A stretch of DNA of 64,000 bases from Psammoneis japonica. Its lineage: Eukaryota. The stretch's first letter is position 1; every line of letters begins with the position of its first letter. The translations under genes were made by a program, and so were the position numbers. The notes below the pieces were generated by a model that made no database searches, was not told the DNA's origin, and was given only the letters and a program-made list of their open reading frames with translations. Positions 12,075 through 23,750 of this stretch are shown piece after piece. Where the stretch lies: contig QPGO01000011.1 of NCBI GenBank assembly GCA_008632985.1, positions 496,001-560,000 of the forward strand, written 5' to 3'.

Positions 12075-12507
12075 GGCAAGTCTGTGTTGCTGCTCCCATT
12101 GGTCATGTTGCTTCATCTGTGTCACACTCTCACAATGTGGTCTGCACTTTTTGGCAATGAACAAGGTGGATCAGAGCAACAGCACTTCTGTCACAAACTT
12201 GCCTGCTCCAGAATTAGCAGTGCTGGATGCACTGGTGAGTTCATGTTGCCATTCCTGTGGTTCATGTTGGTTCATCCATGTCACACTCTCACAACGTGTT
12301 TCACACTTTTTGGCAACAAACAAGGTGGAGTGGCAGTGCTTCCTCAATTTATGGAACAGCAGCTCCTGCTGCTGACTTGCCTGCTCCACAATCAATGGTG
12401 CCAGGCACACCGGTGAGTCTGTGTTGCCGTTCCTGTTGGTCATGTTGGTTCATCCACATTGTGCTCTCACAATGTGTTCTGCACTTTTGGCAACAAATGA
12501 GGTGGCT
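12075..12507 (+). repeat. Three-copy imperfect direct repeat (~160-177 bp period)
   Basis: Core tcatgttg.ttcatc....ctctcacaa.gtg..c..acttttggcaa..aa..aggtgg at ~12075, ~12234 and ~12411. Confidence 0.85.
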
Positions 12508-14993
12508 GCTGGCAGTGGCATTTCAAGAAAGAAAACTGCAGCTGCTGCTGCAAACTCAATTGGTGTTCTTTCCATCAGCATCATTTGAATTAAACACAAA
12601 TGACAAAATGAAATGTTTGCAACGCAAATGATTTTAATTTGAAGGTTTTGCAGGACAGAGGGTGGGAACTCTCACAGGGAAAATGGGTGGCTGTTTCACA
12701 GTGAAAATGGGGGTCAGACCCCATGGCATGAAAATGTTCATCTGTCACAGTTGAAATGCCATCGCCACATGCACAACTGGCAAGGTGTCACAGCACAGAT
12801 TTTTCACCCACAAAAGGGGAGAAAATCACTGTGAGAAAGGTGGTCTCAATCACTGCAACATGTGCTCTGATGCGCTTGCCTGGTGTGCTGTCTTGTTTTG
12901 TTTTCCTGATCTTCTGACACAGGAGGCAGTGTCCTTGCTTGACTGCTGAGTCTGTGGCTTGAGTTTTTTGGTGGAGTGGTTGTGTGCAACTCCCAACAAT
13001 GTGAGCAGATTGTCAATCAGAAACCTGGGCTGCATGCCTGAACATTTTTTGTCAATTTGAAAATGTGTGTGTGTGGGTGGGTGGGTGGGGCTGCAGCTGA
13101 GCCTGCTTTGCCATCTTTTGTCAGAGAGCACTCATGTGTGCATCCATGCCCTTGTGCTCAAAAGAGTGCACACCTTGTTTTCATGTGGGACATCTTGGCC
13201 TCCTCCTCTGTGGCACTCATCAACAAGGAAAACAGCAGCATGTGCCCAAAGAGCCTCCCAAACAAATCCAGCCAGGTGAGCTTTCAACATCTTGCCTCAC
13301 ATTGGAGTCTGAAACCACAGCTTCAATGACCAGTCAAGAAAAAATGGCCCGCGCTGTTGAACAATGTCTGAATCAACCAAAACAACCTTGATCACCCAAC
13401 AAGCAGGGCATTTGCTTTTTGAGAGTCAGCCTGACACGAGACAGTGAGAGGAGGACAGAAAACAAAGTGCTCTGTTTTCCAACCAATGTCCACTGTTCTG
13501 GTTTGGTTGAGTGTGCAGCAGGTGGCTCAACCATCACCCTTGTGTTCTCCCAGACCAGCCTTGCTGTGGTGCTGCAGCCCTTCTGTGAGACCCACATTGT
13601 CACGTTCTTTCCCAGTTGAGAGCTTCAAGGAAGCACGCTGTTGCCTTCAAAATCAGGGGAAAATGTTCATGCATTGTTTGCATCTGCCAGGCAACCACCC
13701 AGTGCAATGTTGTTGTGTGACAAATGAGCTTGCTGAGACAGCTCTGCCTGCTTGCCATGGGAGCATTTTCAGCTCAGACTCTCCAGCTCAGAAATCCAGT
13801 CTTTGGGCTCTCTGTTTTGTTCCCTTGCTCATCTGCTTTGAGTTTGAGAGCTCTCCCATGTCAATCTCTTCATCAGACAGCTTTTTCTTCATGTGCTCTG
13901 CCACTTTCTTGTTCATGTGCTGGCCCACCTCCAACTGTTTCTCCTCCAACTCTTCATTTCACCATGAGCTCAAGCTGTCATGACCACATCACACTTGTTG
14001 ATGCTGGCGTGCTTGCAGTGGGAGCATGGAGTTGCATCTGGAGTGACTGCCAACTTCTTTGCACTTGAACCTGCCATCATTCTCAGTGCATTTTGTCATT
14101 TTGTCAAAAGGGCCACCAGAAGTGTCGTGGCTGGAATCACTGCCAGCAGGAGCACTTGTTTTCATGCTTTCCTCTTTGTGCATCTCTCTCTGCAGACAAA
14201 AGCAGCCCAGGAGCGCACCATTCTGGTGAGTCTGTGTGGTGCAATGTGCTGGAAGACACTTTCTGTGTCACTCATCTTGGTGCCTTGCATCATGCGTTGG
14301 CTCTCCCATCTCTTTGCAAAACTCAACTTCGCAGTTTGGAGGGGCAACTCCGGCCCACGCTTTCTTTTCCCAGCCCTGGAGTGTGACATGGCTGTTGCAT
14401 GGCTTCAGATGCCAACACTTGCTCAACCTGTCAAAATGCCATTTGGTGCAGCAGTCACCTGGCTGCATGGGTTGCTCAACATTTCTCATGATGCTTGGGT
14501 TTGAAGAGGATTTGCGGCTCTCTTGCGACAAAATTCTTGGTTGGGCACAGCACCACGCGAGATGAGCATCCCACTCTGCAACAAAAATGGTGCTGTGTGC
14601 TCCACAGGTGCAAGTTTTCCTTCCTTTTGCTTCTTTGGGTCTCATGTGCTGTGGACCAAGAAGACAATGCCTTTTGCCGTCAGGGTGACTGGGAGCCCAT
14701 GACACTGTGCCATCAACGAACCCCAAACATCTGCTGGGTCTGTTGCTGTGTCCGCCTTGTGTGTTTCTGCCCAACCCCCCTGCACTGACAGAAAGAATTG
14801 TCATTGTCAACCCCGCAAGCAGTGGGCTTTCTTGGTTCATCCATTTCAGCACATGAAACTGCTCCAACAGAGACTTTGAGAAGTTTTGCAGGCAAGTGCC
14901 CTCTCAACCCCCGCCCACCCCACTTTCGAGAAATTCCGTCTGCTCTCTTCCGTGCATGCGGTTCACGCACAACGCACAACGCCGCAGAGGCCC

Positions 14994-15028
14994 TTGACCG
15001 TTGACCGTTGACCGTTGACCCCTGACCG
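14994..15028 (+). repeat. Heptamer tandem (TTGACCG)3-TTGACCC-CTGACCG
   Basis: Read directly; lies at the right border of the TE domain. Confidence 0.9.
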
Positions 15029-15116
15029 ACAAAATCCAAAACGACAAAGGTGTTCAGCTACTATGATACATAGAGAGTAGCTGTTCCCATTGCAAGTTTT
15101 GTTGATTGCACCTACA

Positions 15117-16555
15117 ATGTACGACTCCCCGACTGAGAATCTTGGATTCAACTCCGGACGATACACTTCGTTTGGACGTCGCGGTCGACGAGAAAAGGTG
15201 ACGACAACCAAAACTGTTGTCGGCAGCGAAGCATCGCCCTCTCCTGGTAAAAGATTCCCAACTCGTCGAATGCACTCCACGGAGTCAAGGGCAAGGTTGT
15301 TCGGGTGCTGGGCCACAGTGATCATCTTGGGGTCCCTTATACTGTACGTGTCATTGAGACCAAAGGGCCCATCAGAAGACGCTTCTGTTATAAAGTCCAA
15401 CGTAAACTTGAGACAAAATAGTTCACAAATACGCCGAGAAAGCCATCCGCCGGAATTGTTTCGAGACATCATTATTGAAGAGTACCACAGTAAAGGCTCC
15501 ATCAACATTGCCTGCTATGTAAAGCTTCCAGACTGGTGGCATAGGGAGAATTCAGTCCCTCGAGCGCAGAAATTCTTGATGAAATTGACGACTGATCACT
15601 CGTATGCCGCCAAGGAAATTGACGCCTTGCAAAAAATCAGCATTGACATGAAAGAGGCAAGACGTCTCAAGATGCCTTGGTTAGTGGCCGGAAGTTCGAA
15701 CATTAGCAATCCATTTTACTGTCGCAGTGACGACAAAGAAGACTCCGAGCCGTGTCCAGAGGCTCTGTCATTTCCAGAGTCCTTTCCCCACAGAGTACAG
15801 GAACGGCTACGTGCCAGACCGTACGTGGCGGCGCTTGTGGTTCCATTTCTCCAAGGACAGGGCTACGTGTTCGATGAAGTAAAAACAATGGCAGATCTTC
15901 AACGTTTCATGAAGAGTATACTGGGGCAGTTAGCTCTTGCACACAGTGTAGGGATCAATAATTTGGATCTCAGCGGGATCGCAATGTTCTCGTCGACAGT
16001 GACGGCGATGCGGTGTTGTTTGACTGGAATGGCGCTATTGGCTTGGGTGAAAAGCTTTACAACGCCGATAACAATTTCGGCATTATTCCACCCGAGGCCT
16101 GGATCGAACAAGTAGAGGGACATGAAGTCAAAATGATGTCGGTTTCTGCTTTTGATGTTTGGTCGGTTGGCATCATGTTTGCTAGGTTGATTTTCTTTCC
16201 GTGCCGATGGGCCTCCCATCACACATATGAGCGAACAAACGATCGACTGCGGGCCACGATACTCGCTCTTGGTGGAAATACTGTCATTCCAGTAGACAAG
16301 GAAATGAGCGTGGACCTGGCAGAATTTGTTGGGATGAATCAAACAATTGAATCAAACACAGGCATCCTCCCGCACCTTGTGGATAAGCATCAAAAAGACA
16401 GTTGCCCAGAGACGTCATTTGAATTTCTCGATAGCCTTTCAGACAATGACAGACAAAAGGCGTTGGATTTCCTCAAATCAATGATGAAGATTTCTCCTCT
16501 AGACCGTCTCGATTGCAACTCATTATTGAAGCATCCTTTTCTTTCCTCTGTTTAG
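15117..16555 (+). CDS. Membrane-anchored divergent Ser/Thr protein kinase (one frameshift at ~15975)
   Basis: N-terminal TM (WATVIILGSLILYV). Kinase motifs AHSVGINNLDLS..RNVLVD, LFDWNGA, PPEA, DVWSVGIMF, LDFLKSMMKISPLDR..LLKHPF. Confidence 0.8.
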
Positions 16556-17198
16556 TCGATCTGCCCCGTGGTGCCTGCGCTATCACTGTACGATTACTGC
16601 ATGGTCAACAAGGCTCAAAGACGCACCTTGTCTATCAGCGTAAAACGAATGCGATAGTGCATCCTACTGTATTCCAAGAAAAGGGAAACGAAGCCGGTGT
16701 TCTACCGTAGATTATTAATGCTCTTACTAGCCCGCAGTGTACTCCACATTGAACATGAAAACAGGAGCGATTTGTGTCCGCCATCTCGTGCAATTTGGAT
16801 ACTCCGTCGTGCACTTGTGGAATTCTGCCACTCGCATGGTCACAAACACAGAGGTCTTCAATTCTGAGCTATATCGGGGGGCAAAATGGAGCTTCTAAAC
16901 AAGCTCAACAAGCCAGATGGTGGTCGGGTTTGCCAGCACCTCACGTTTTACCCTGCTACTGTAGCGGGTTTTGACAACCGGAACGCGAGTTGAGTTTTAT
17001 TAGACGGATCAACCAGTGAGTAGAGGAAACCAACACCCCCAAAATTCAGTTTTAGACAGATCATCGGTGAGTAAAGCCAACCAATACTTCCGCATCTTGT
17101 TTCTCTGTGTTCTACAGGCGGGCAGTTGCGACTCTTGTCGTGGTGAAGTTACACTCTTAGTAGATGATTACAGATCGGGGACAGATACCATCCTAAAG

Positions 17199-18803
17199 CT
17201 AGGAGCTACGGTCAACAAGAACAATCTCATGCTGCTGGGGCTCAATGTTCCACTTCTTGATCACAGTGCCATCACTGGTATGAGCAGAAAGCTCGTCGCC
17301 AATGTCGGCAGTAAAAATAAACTGCTCTTTGGGTGCGACCTCGGCAACAAGTAAGCCGTTTACCGAGACCGAAACATCTTTGACATTGTTGTTGGTAAAG
17401 GGGAATTCCACGACACCCGTTTTCGGCTCATCCCAAACGATCCCGGCAAAATCCTTTACGTGCAAAACAGCATTCTTTGCCTCTGGAGCATGCTTGACGT
17501 CCGGCTCGTCCACCAGAGCAAAGCGCATACCTGCATCCCAGTCTTCATTTTCAATTTTCTCCAACTTTCCGCCTGCATCAGAATATGTGGCATCAAAGTT
17601 ACTGTCCCTGAACCAGAAACGAGTGTATAGTCCATAGATCAACGCTCTTGACATGGAGCTCTCGTTTGGTCCCCCGCGATGTGTGATCTGGTAGTCAAAC
17701 ACAACGGCATCCCCCATGTCAACAAGAGGCACCCGCCAATGATCTGGAGGACATGCACCCATCGTTGCTCGAAACCTTTGCATTTCTAGAAAGGGACTCC
17801 CTCCCTGAATTAGAGCCTCATTGAGAGCAGGCGCGTGCATCGGAACACCGCTCAAGTGCGACGACCCCATGCAGAACTCCGTCGGACCATGGGCATACGT
17901 AGTATTCTCAACAAGTGGTATAAACACACTGGCGGCGAAGGGTGGCAAGTCATGCCCGCCAATTCCTGATACGTCAAAGCTCTCGCTCGTCCAAATGTAG
18001 CCCATATCATCGTGCCAGTGCATTGTTGGAGCACCACTCTCCGAAATCACCGAACCTACCTGGCTCAAGACGACATCCGGTCCCAGCACTTTCTCGTGAC
18101 TCATAATATTGAGGATATTATCGTTTTGGAACATTTCATAGCCACCCAGCCACTGGGGAAGAATGACATCATGGCGCTTCATGCCTCGATCTTGCACAAT
18201 ATCGCGTGCTCTAGAGTCTGTAGTCTTCGTATCCACCCTACTGATCTGGCCTGTATGTATGGCGTAGAGATAGTTGTCGTACTTGGTGCGATACTCCTCT
18301 ACGGTTTCCTTGGGGATGATGTTTCGCAAAACGAGCAAACGGCACTTGTTGAACACGAGCGCTGCTTCTTCAGGATCAAAGTCTTCAGCAGAGACGTCAA
18401 ACTCTCTTTCCATGCAGTCGTAGTCGTTAACAACACTTTCCAAGCGACGGGCGTGGCGATCCGCGTAGGTAGTAAACACCTCTTCCGCAGCCGGGACGTT
18501 GCATTGCGACATGCTCTCATCCTCTTGTTGTCCCATCGCCCCAAGGGTCAACTTCATGAGCTTAGCCAGGGAGTCGTCAGCTTTATCGTTACCTTTGACC
18601 TCTGATAGTAGAATCATGGCATTCTTGAGCACATCGACCTTGTCAACCTCCGTGCTGGAGAGGGAGGATTTTACCAACTCTAAAACGGCATCGACGCTCG
18701 ATGTTGGTTGCTCAGCTTCTTGTTGGACCCCAGCCTTATCCTCGGAAGCGGAGATTCCGCAGACAAGCGCCACAATAAGCACTAAACTTCGGAAAAGATT
18801 CAT
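17199..18803 (-). CDS. Secreted PhyH-like Fe(II)/2-oxoglutarate dioxygenase
   Basis: Signal peptide MNLFRSLVLIVALVCGISA. Motifs WHDD (HxD), GPTEF..GS, GDAVVFDYQITHRGGPN..R. An upstream ATG at 18848 is an alternative start. Confidence 0.85.
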   Translation of the reverse strand: MNLFRSLVLIVALVCGISASEDKAGVQQEAEQPTSSVDAVLELVKSSLSSTEVDKVDVLKNAMILLSEVKGNDKADDSLAKLMKLTLGAMGQQEDESMSQCNVPAAEEVFTTYADRHARRLESVVNDYDCMEREFDVSAEDFDPEEAALVFNKCRLLVLRNIIPKETVEEYRTKYDNYLYAIHTGQISRVDTKTTDSRARDIVQDRGMKRHDVILPQWLGGYEMFQNDNILNIMSHEKVLGPDVVLSQVGSVISESGAPTMHWHDDMGYIWTSESFDVSGIGGHDLPPFAASVFIPLVENTTYAHGPTEFCMGSSHLSGVPMHAPALNEALIQGGSPFLEMQRFRATMGACPPDHWRVPLVDMGDAVVFDYQITHRGGPNESSMSRALIYGLYTRFWFRDSNFDATYSDAGGKLEKIENEDWDAGMRFALVDEPDVKHAPEAKNAVLHVKDFAGIVWDEPKTGVVEFPFTNNNVKDVSVSVNGLLVAEVAPKEQFIFTADIGDELSAHTSDGTVIKKWNIEPQQHEIVLVDRSS

Positions 18804-20489
18804 CCTCGAGGAAAGCAACGAAACAAATTTTGTGCCATTACAGGCCATGATGAAAAAATGCGTCAATCATCAATGCGCAAGAGTTCGCATTTTGATTTCA
18901 ACTATCACATTTTTGAACATGATTAGAGCCCCGCTCTACCGATCGATGATACACTTGCCATGTACTGTACCGTACCAAGGGGCCAAAAAGTAGTGCCCCC
19001 CCCCAAAATTTGAGTCTTGTACAGTATCATAGCATGGAATTACCGTATGTGACGTTGCCTGCGCGCGTGTATGTGTGAAACAGAAGGATTTGAACAAATG
19101 CGGATATATTGTCACGAATGTGGATACTTGGCTCTATTGGTCGCTGATGGCCGCCCAGCCAGCAGGAGAGTTGGTCAGGGTACGTAGTCTACTGTACTGA
19201 AACCAAGAGATAATTTACTGTAAACCACAGGTAAACCACGCTGGCCGTCATTTACACATTATTTGTACAGCATGTACATGAAGCATGCATGCATTGTGTT
19301 GCATTAGAATCCACACGCCAGCATGCCCCCATCCAAAATTTGAATGTTTCGTATATATTCTTTTACTGTTCATGGAGTGTATATACCCATAATCAAAATT
19401 CCAAATTTTCAGAAGTCGAAACCGTTGAGAACATCCGAAGGAGCACCGCGACCAGAGTTGTCCGTTTCCGTCCCCATTGTAAAACTTGTGCCGAGACGTC
19501 TCACTCTGCTCTTCACATGTTCCTGTCAGCAAATTGTGCAAGGCCACTCACATGAGCATTGTTGTTTCTGTTATTTTGCTGCATGCTTGCGACTGTTCAT
19601 TGAACGTGTCGTTTCCATTTTCTCACTTTGCATGCTGTTGATGTCATCTCCTCATTCAACCTCCAGCAAAGTGCCCTGCAGGAAAAATGCTGTGCTCTAT
19701 GATCAATTGTGTTCCATGATTGCAAGGTGTCTCCTTTTCATTCCCATTTCCATGCAACATCGATGACGACAGTGGCTGGTGGGGCAGCACTGGCAAGAGG
19801 AGTTCGTGCGCAGCTCATTTGGATGACAGGCCCATTCAGCGCTCACGCATGCAGCATGTGGAGTGCTTTGCACTGTGTTCTCATAGCCAGCTCTCTTTTT
19901 TGTTGGTGGCAGCTCTTTTGTTGGTGGCGGCGGTGGCTCTTTTGTTGGCGGTGGTTTGTGTCATCCGGGGGATCAGAAGCGCAACACATCCAGGTGCTGC
20001 ACCTTTCCATGGTGGCCCATTCGCAATGCCCTGGTCCAACAGCCAGTCATGCAATGCAATGCACAGCATGGTGGCTTTTGTTTGTCTGGTGCTGATTGTT
20101 TTTTGGTGTGTCTGTGGGTCCCACTGTGCCAGTGTTTGGTGCTGGGTTGGCCTCCAAAGGTGCTGGCTGCAATTGCGTTGGAGGCACTCTTTTGTGGTGA
20201 TGATGATCCCAGTGGGTCCCAAGTTTGTGCATCTCCAGTGCTGACTCAGATGGTGTTGCTGGTTCTGGCAGATTGAGCAAGAGTTCGAACAAGTTTGCCA
20301 GTGCCTCAATTGATGGACAAGATGATCTTTTGTCTTTTGCAGATGTTCGTGAACAGGGTGGTGGAGTTGCTGTTGGCAACGGTCCTGGTTCAAGCATTGC
20401 ATGCACTGACCCTCCACCTTTTCCAGTGCTGGGTGTGTCTTCACTGTCTGAATGCAAGGTTTTTGTCAGTGCTGAAGCAGGGTTCTCAC

Positions 20490-21700
20490 TGTCACTTGTT
20501 CAAAAGGAATCCATTTTCAACCTTGGCTTTGCATTTGAAGAGCCTGATTCTGGTCATTGGGATCTTTCCAAGTCTGACAAGAAAGCTCTCATTGTGAAGG
20601 GCAAGCTGTTCATTCCACATTGGGGAGATCACATGAAGCAGTGGCCTTGTTGTGCTGTCATTTTTGTGCATCCAGGTGAATGGGTCTCCACATTGCTGAA
20701 GGTCTCGGTGCATCTCTGGCGTCATGCACAACAGAGCCTCTGGCCAGCCAGTCTCATCGTCCCTTTTCAGACAGAAATCAAACCCCAGGTTGCCCTCTTT
20801 CATCAACTCAAGGAATCAAATTGAACTCTTTTTTTTCAGCAATTCTTTGCAAGTTCCCGGGCAAACCCAATGGCGATGTGTTGCTTGCTCTCGTCTGTGT
20901 TGATGAGTCAAGCTTGGACACAATGCTTGAAGTTTTTGATGAAATTTGCATCCATGTCAGTGTGCGCCGGCATGTGCATCTGAAGCAACAAAGGGCGGAG
21001 ATCCTTCGGCTTGACAGATGGGTTTTTCTCTGTCATGGTGATTGCGGACTCAAGACAAGCAAGATTTGGCTGAAGGCTGCCACTTGTTTCTTTTGATTTC
21101 TTGTGGTTCAACACAGTGTTGAGATCATGGCTGTGATCAAGACAAGTTCCAGTGATTTCAATGATGTGAAAAATGTCATGTTTTGGTTTCCCATGAGGAG
21201 ACGGATCCACACACTTGTTCACAAGGGAGCAGCAAATCAAGAATGGGCACTTTGTCTGCTCTTTCATGGTTGGATTGCAGGGGAGATTTTCTTCAACTTG
21301 GGACAGCACATGTTCCTCTTGTGCTGTTTGCACACTTCAAGAAGTGACAGACTGCCCTTCTTTCCATCGTGGATGCAAGTCATGGCCCACATGTCAAGGA
21401 AATGGACAACAGCCTGGCACAGCTGTTTGCAGCTGACAAAATGATGCCCTTTGGGAAACATCTTTTTTGGTGCTTTACCTTGAATGCATCCAAGCAGCAT
21501 TGGTTTTTGGAGCCGTTGGAATCTCTTCCTTGGTTTGGCCCAAGCTGTCAATCTCTTGACAAAGAGCATGACATCAGTGAGCCAGCCTTTTGCAAGAAGT
21601 TCCTTGCTTTGCTCCTTGAGAGGACGCTCCACAGAGTGAGAGCCATGTGCTCCCATGAACAATGGCATCAACACGGAGAACAATGCATCCCAATGGCATG
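20490..21700 (-). pseudogene. Mutator-like (MULE) transposase relic
   Basis: GFDFCLKRDDETGWPEALLCMTPEMHRDLQQCGD followed, after a frameshift, by LDAQK*QHNK. This resembles the MT..M...YGD.LFLD...YN region of MULE transposases, with Tyr replaced by Cys/His. Confidence 0.6.
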
Positions 21701-22063
21701 GAGGTGGAGCGGATGAGTTGGGTGAGTCAGAGGGAGAGCTGGTGGTGACTTCATGGTGAGCGTGAGCCAACCCATCAGCAGCGGTGCCTTCTTCATCATC
21801 AATGATGAGCCAGCCTGGATGCTTCGATGTGTCATCTGGCTTGTCAGAAGCATCGTCATCATTGGATTTGCATGTGTTGTCACAGGCACTGTCATCTTCA
21901 GGGCTTGTGCTGGCATTGTCATTGCTGTTGCTGCTGTCACAGTTGGGGGGAGAGCAGCCCGCATCATCAATGTCAACCACGCTGATGTTGTCAATGAAAA
22001 CTTCATTGCAAGTGTTGCTGGAGTTGTGGTGTGGAAGTGTGGCAGCACTTTAAATGCAGATTT

Positions 22064-23750
22064 CATGTTTTGTTCAACACTCTGTCTTGTCTTTCACCCA
22101 ATTCTCAGTCATCATGGCAGTGTCAGAGCTGGTGCACTGTGATGTTCACATTCCCAGAATGGGCATCAAGAATGGCGTGATGGCACAATCATTGCAATTG
22201 ATCATGGTGCATTGCACCATGTTGGTCCCATGGTTGCTTGTGCAATTGCTGAGTTCTTTGTGTGCATTCACAGATGTTTTTGAAGACCAAATCAATGCAT
22301 GGTGAGACAGGGGGCAGTTGTGTGTCTTTGCCAGTGGCTGGAAGAGGGCGCAACAGGTTCGTCCTTGGAAAAGGAAGCAGGACCATCCTGATGCCATCAT
22401 GTCATTTGTCCACAACACTGGTGTTCCTCAAATCCTTGTTGTGTCAGATGGCACACTGGAAACAGTGGAAGGCCAGAGCAAAGACATCTGCAAGGAACAC
22501 AGACCCAGAGTGGTGTGGTCTCTGTGCCACAAAGCCCCTGGCAGAACAACCCAGCACAGCCATCCACTCATGAGTCACAGAAAAGGTGTTGACACCCTTG
22601 AGCTCAAGACATGGGCCTGGACTGGACAGTTCACCAGAGGGAGCAGAATGCAAAAATGGCAAATCATTGCCAAGGCCTTGTTGGGGTGCTCTGATGTGGG
22701 CAGTTGAGCTTGGATGGATTGAAATCTTTGTTGCCATCTCACTCATGTCCTCCTGCCAGGTGGCACCACAAGTTGGACACCTGGGTGAGGTGCTCCACAT
22801 CTTTGGGTGCTTGAAGGCTCACCCAAAGTCTTCACCAGAGTGTTTCTTGACAACATCGCTGAGCCATTCTTTGATGAGAGCCAGCTCACTGCAAGCATGG
22901 CTGAGAAGAACACGACCACCCTGGTGCAGCTGAACCATTGAGGCCAAACATGGCAGAGACATGCAGGAATGGCTGGCATGACCACTGCTTGCTTTGTTGA
23001 TGCAGATCACTGTGGATGTCATGTGATGTGCAGGTGCAGTCCTGTTGTTCATCCAGCGAGTGCTCATTTTGCACAGCTCTGAGACAAGGCAGAATGCCAC
23101 AGAGTCATCTGCTGCTTTTGGGCTGGAGTTCATGGCAATGAAAGCTGCCATGGAGCAAATCAGAGCCTCTTGCATTGCAAGCTTCAGATGCCAGGAATTC
23201 CCCCTGGGTGGGGCCACTGACATCTTTTGCATCAAGAACTGAACTGGACCAGAGCCCATGTTGCAGAAAAGAAGCACAATGCAGCTGCACACCACAGGAC
23301 TCATGAAGCACAAGCAATGGGAATTGTGAGCATTGCTCTGGAGGACAGATGCTCAAACCCAGTGGATGTGCCAACCAAGTTGTTTGATGCCTGGACAGAA
23401 GCTCCTCTGGGAAATTGCAAGTCACATCTCATGGTGAGTCCCAAAAGGGGACACACCAAGCAGGTGTGCCACACACCTGGAAGTGGTTTTGTCATTTCAT
23501 CCCCAAAAATTTAGAAATCACCCTGGAATGAGGCAGCACCAGGGGGGGGGGGGGGGGTGGGTGAACAAACAATGCTGATGCACTGTCACAAATGTGGGCA
23601 GTTGTTCACCATTGGCAATTTGCCCACCGTCACTGACACAGTGGCCCCAGCAGCAGTGCAACTGACTCACAGCTCCAGAAGAACCTGTTGATGTTGCTCA
23701 ACACTCTGTCTTGTTGTCTTTCACCTCATTCTTGGCCATCATGGAAGCAT
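22064..23750 (+). mobile_element. Internally deleted Copia relic with probable LTR remnants
   Basis: Integrase (KRKQDHPDAIMSFVHNTGVPQILVVSDG), RT C-terminus (WAVELGWIEI..SLMSSCQVAPQVGHL..VLHIFGCLK) and RNase H (FVDADH, QNATESS..FGLEFMAMK, KKHNAAAHHRTHEAQA). Flanking direct repeat tcaacactctgtcttg..tctttcacc at ~22073 and ~23698. Confidence 0.8.

Larger units (their letters stand above)
9480..15050. mobile_element. Degenerate repeat/TE domain, TpA- and CpG-depleted; family not assignable
   Basis: Nearly no TA, very few CG in the core, Tyr-free Cys/His-rich ORFs in all frames, internal direct repeats. Confidence 0.7.
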
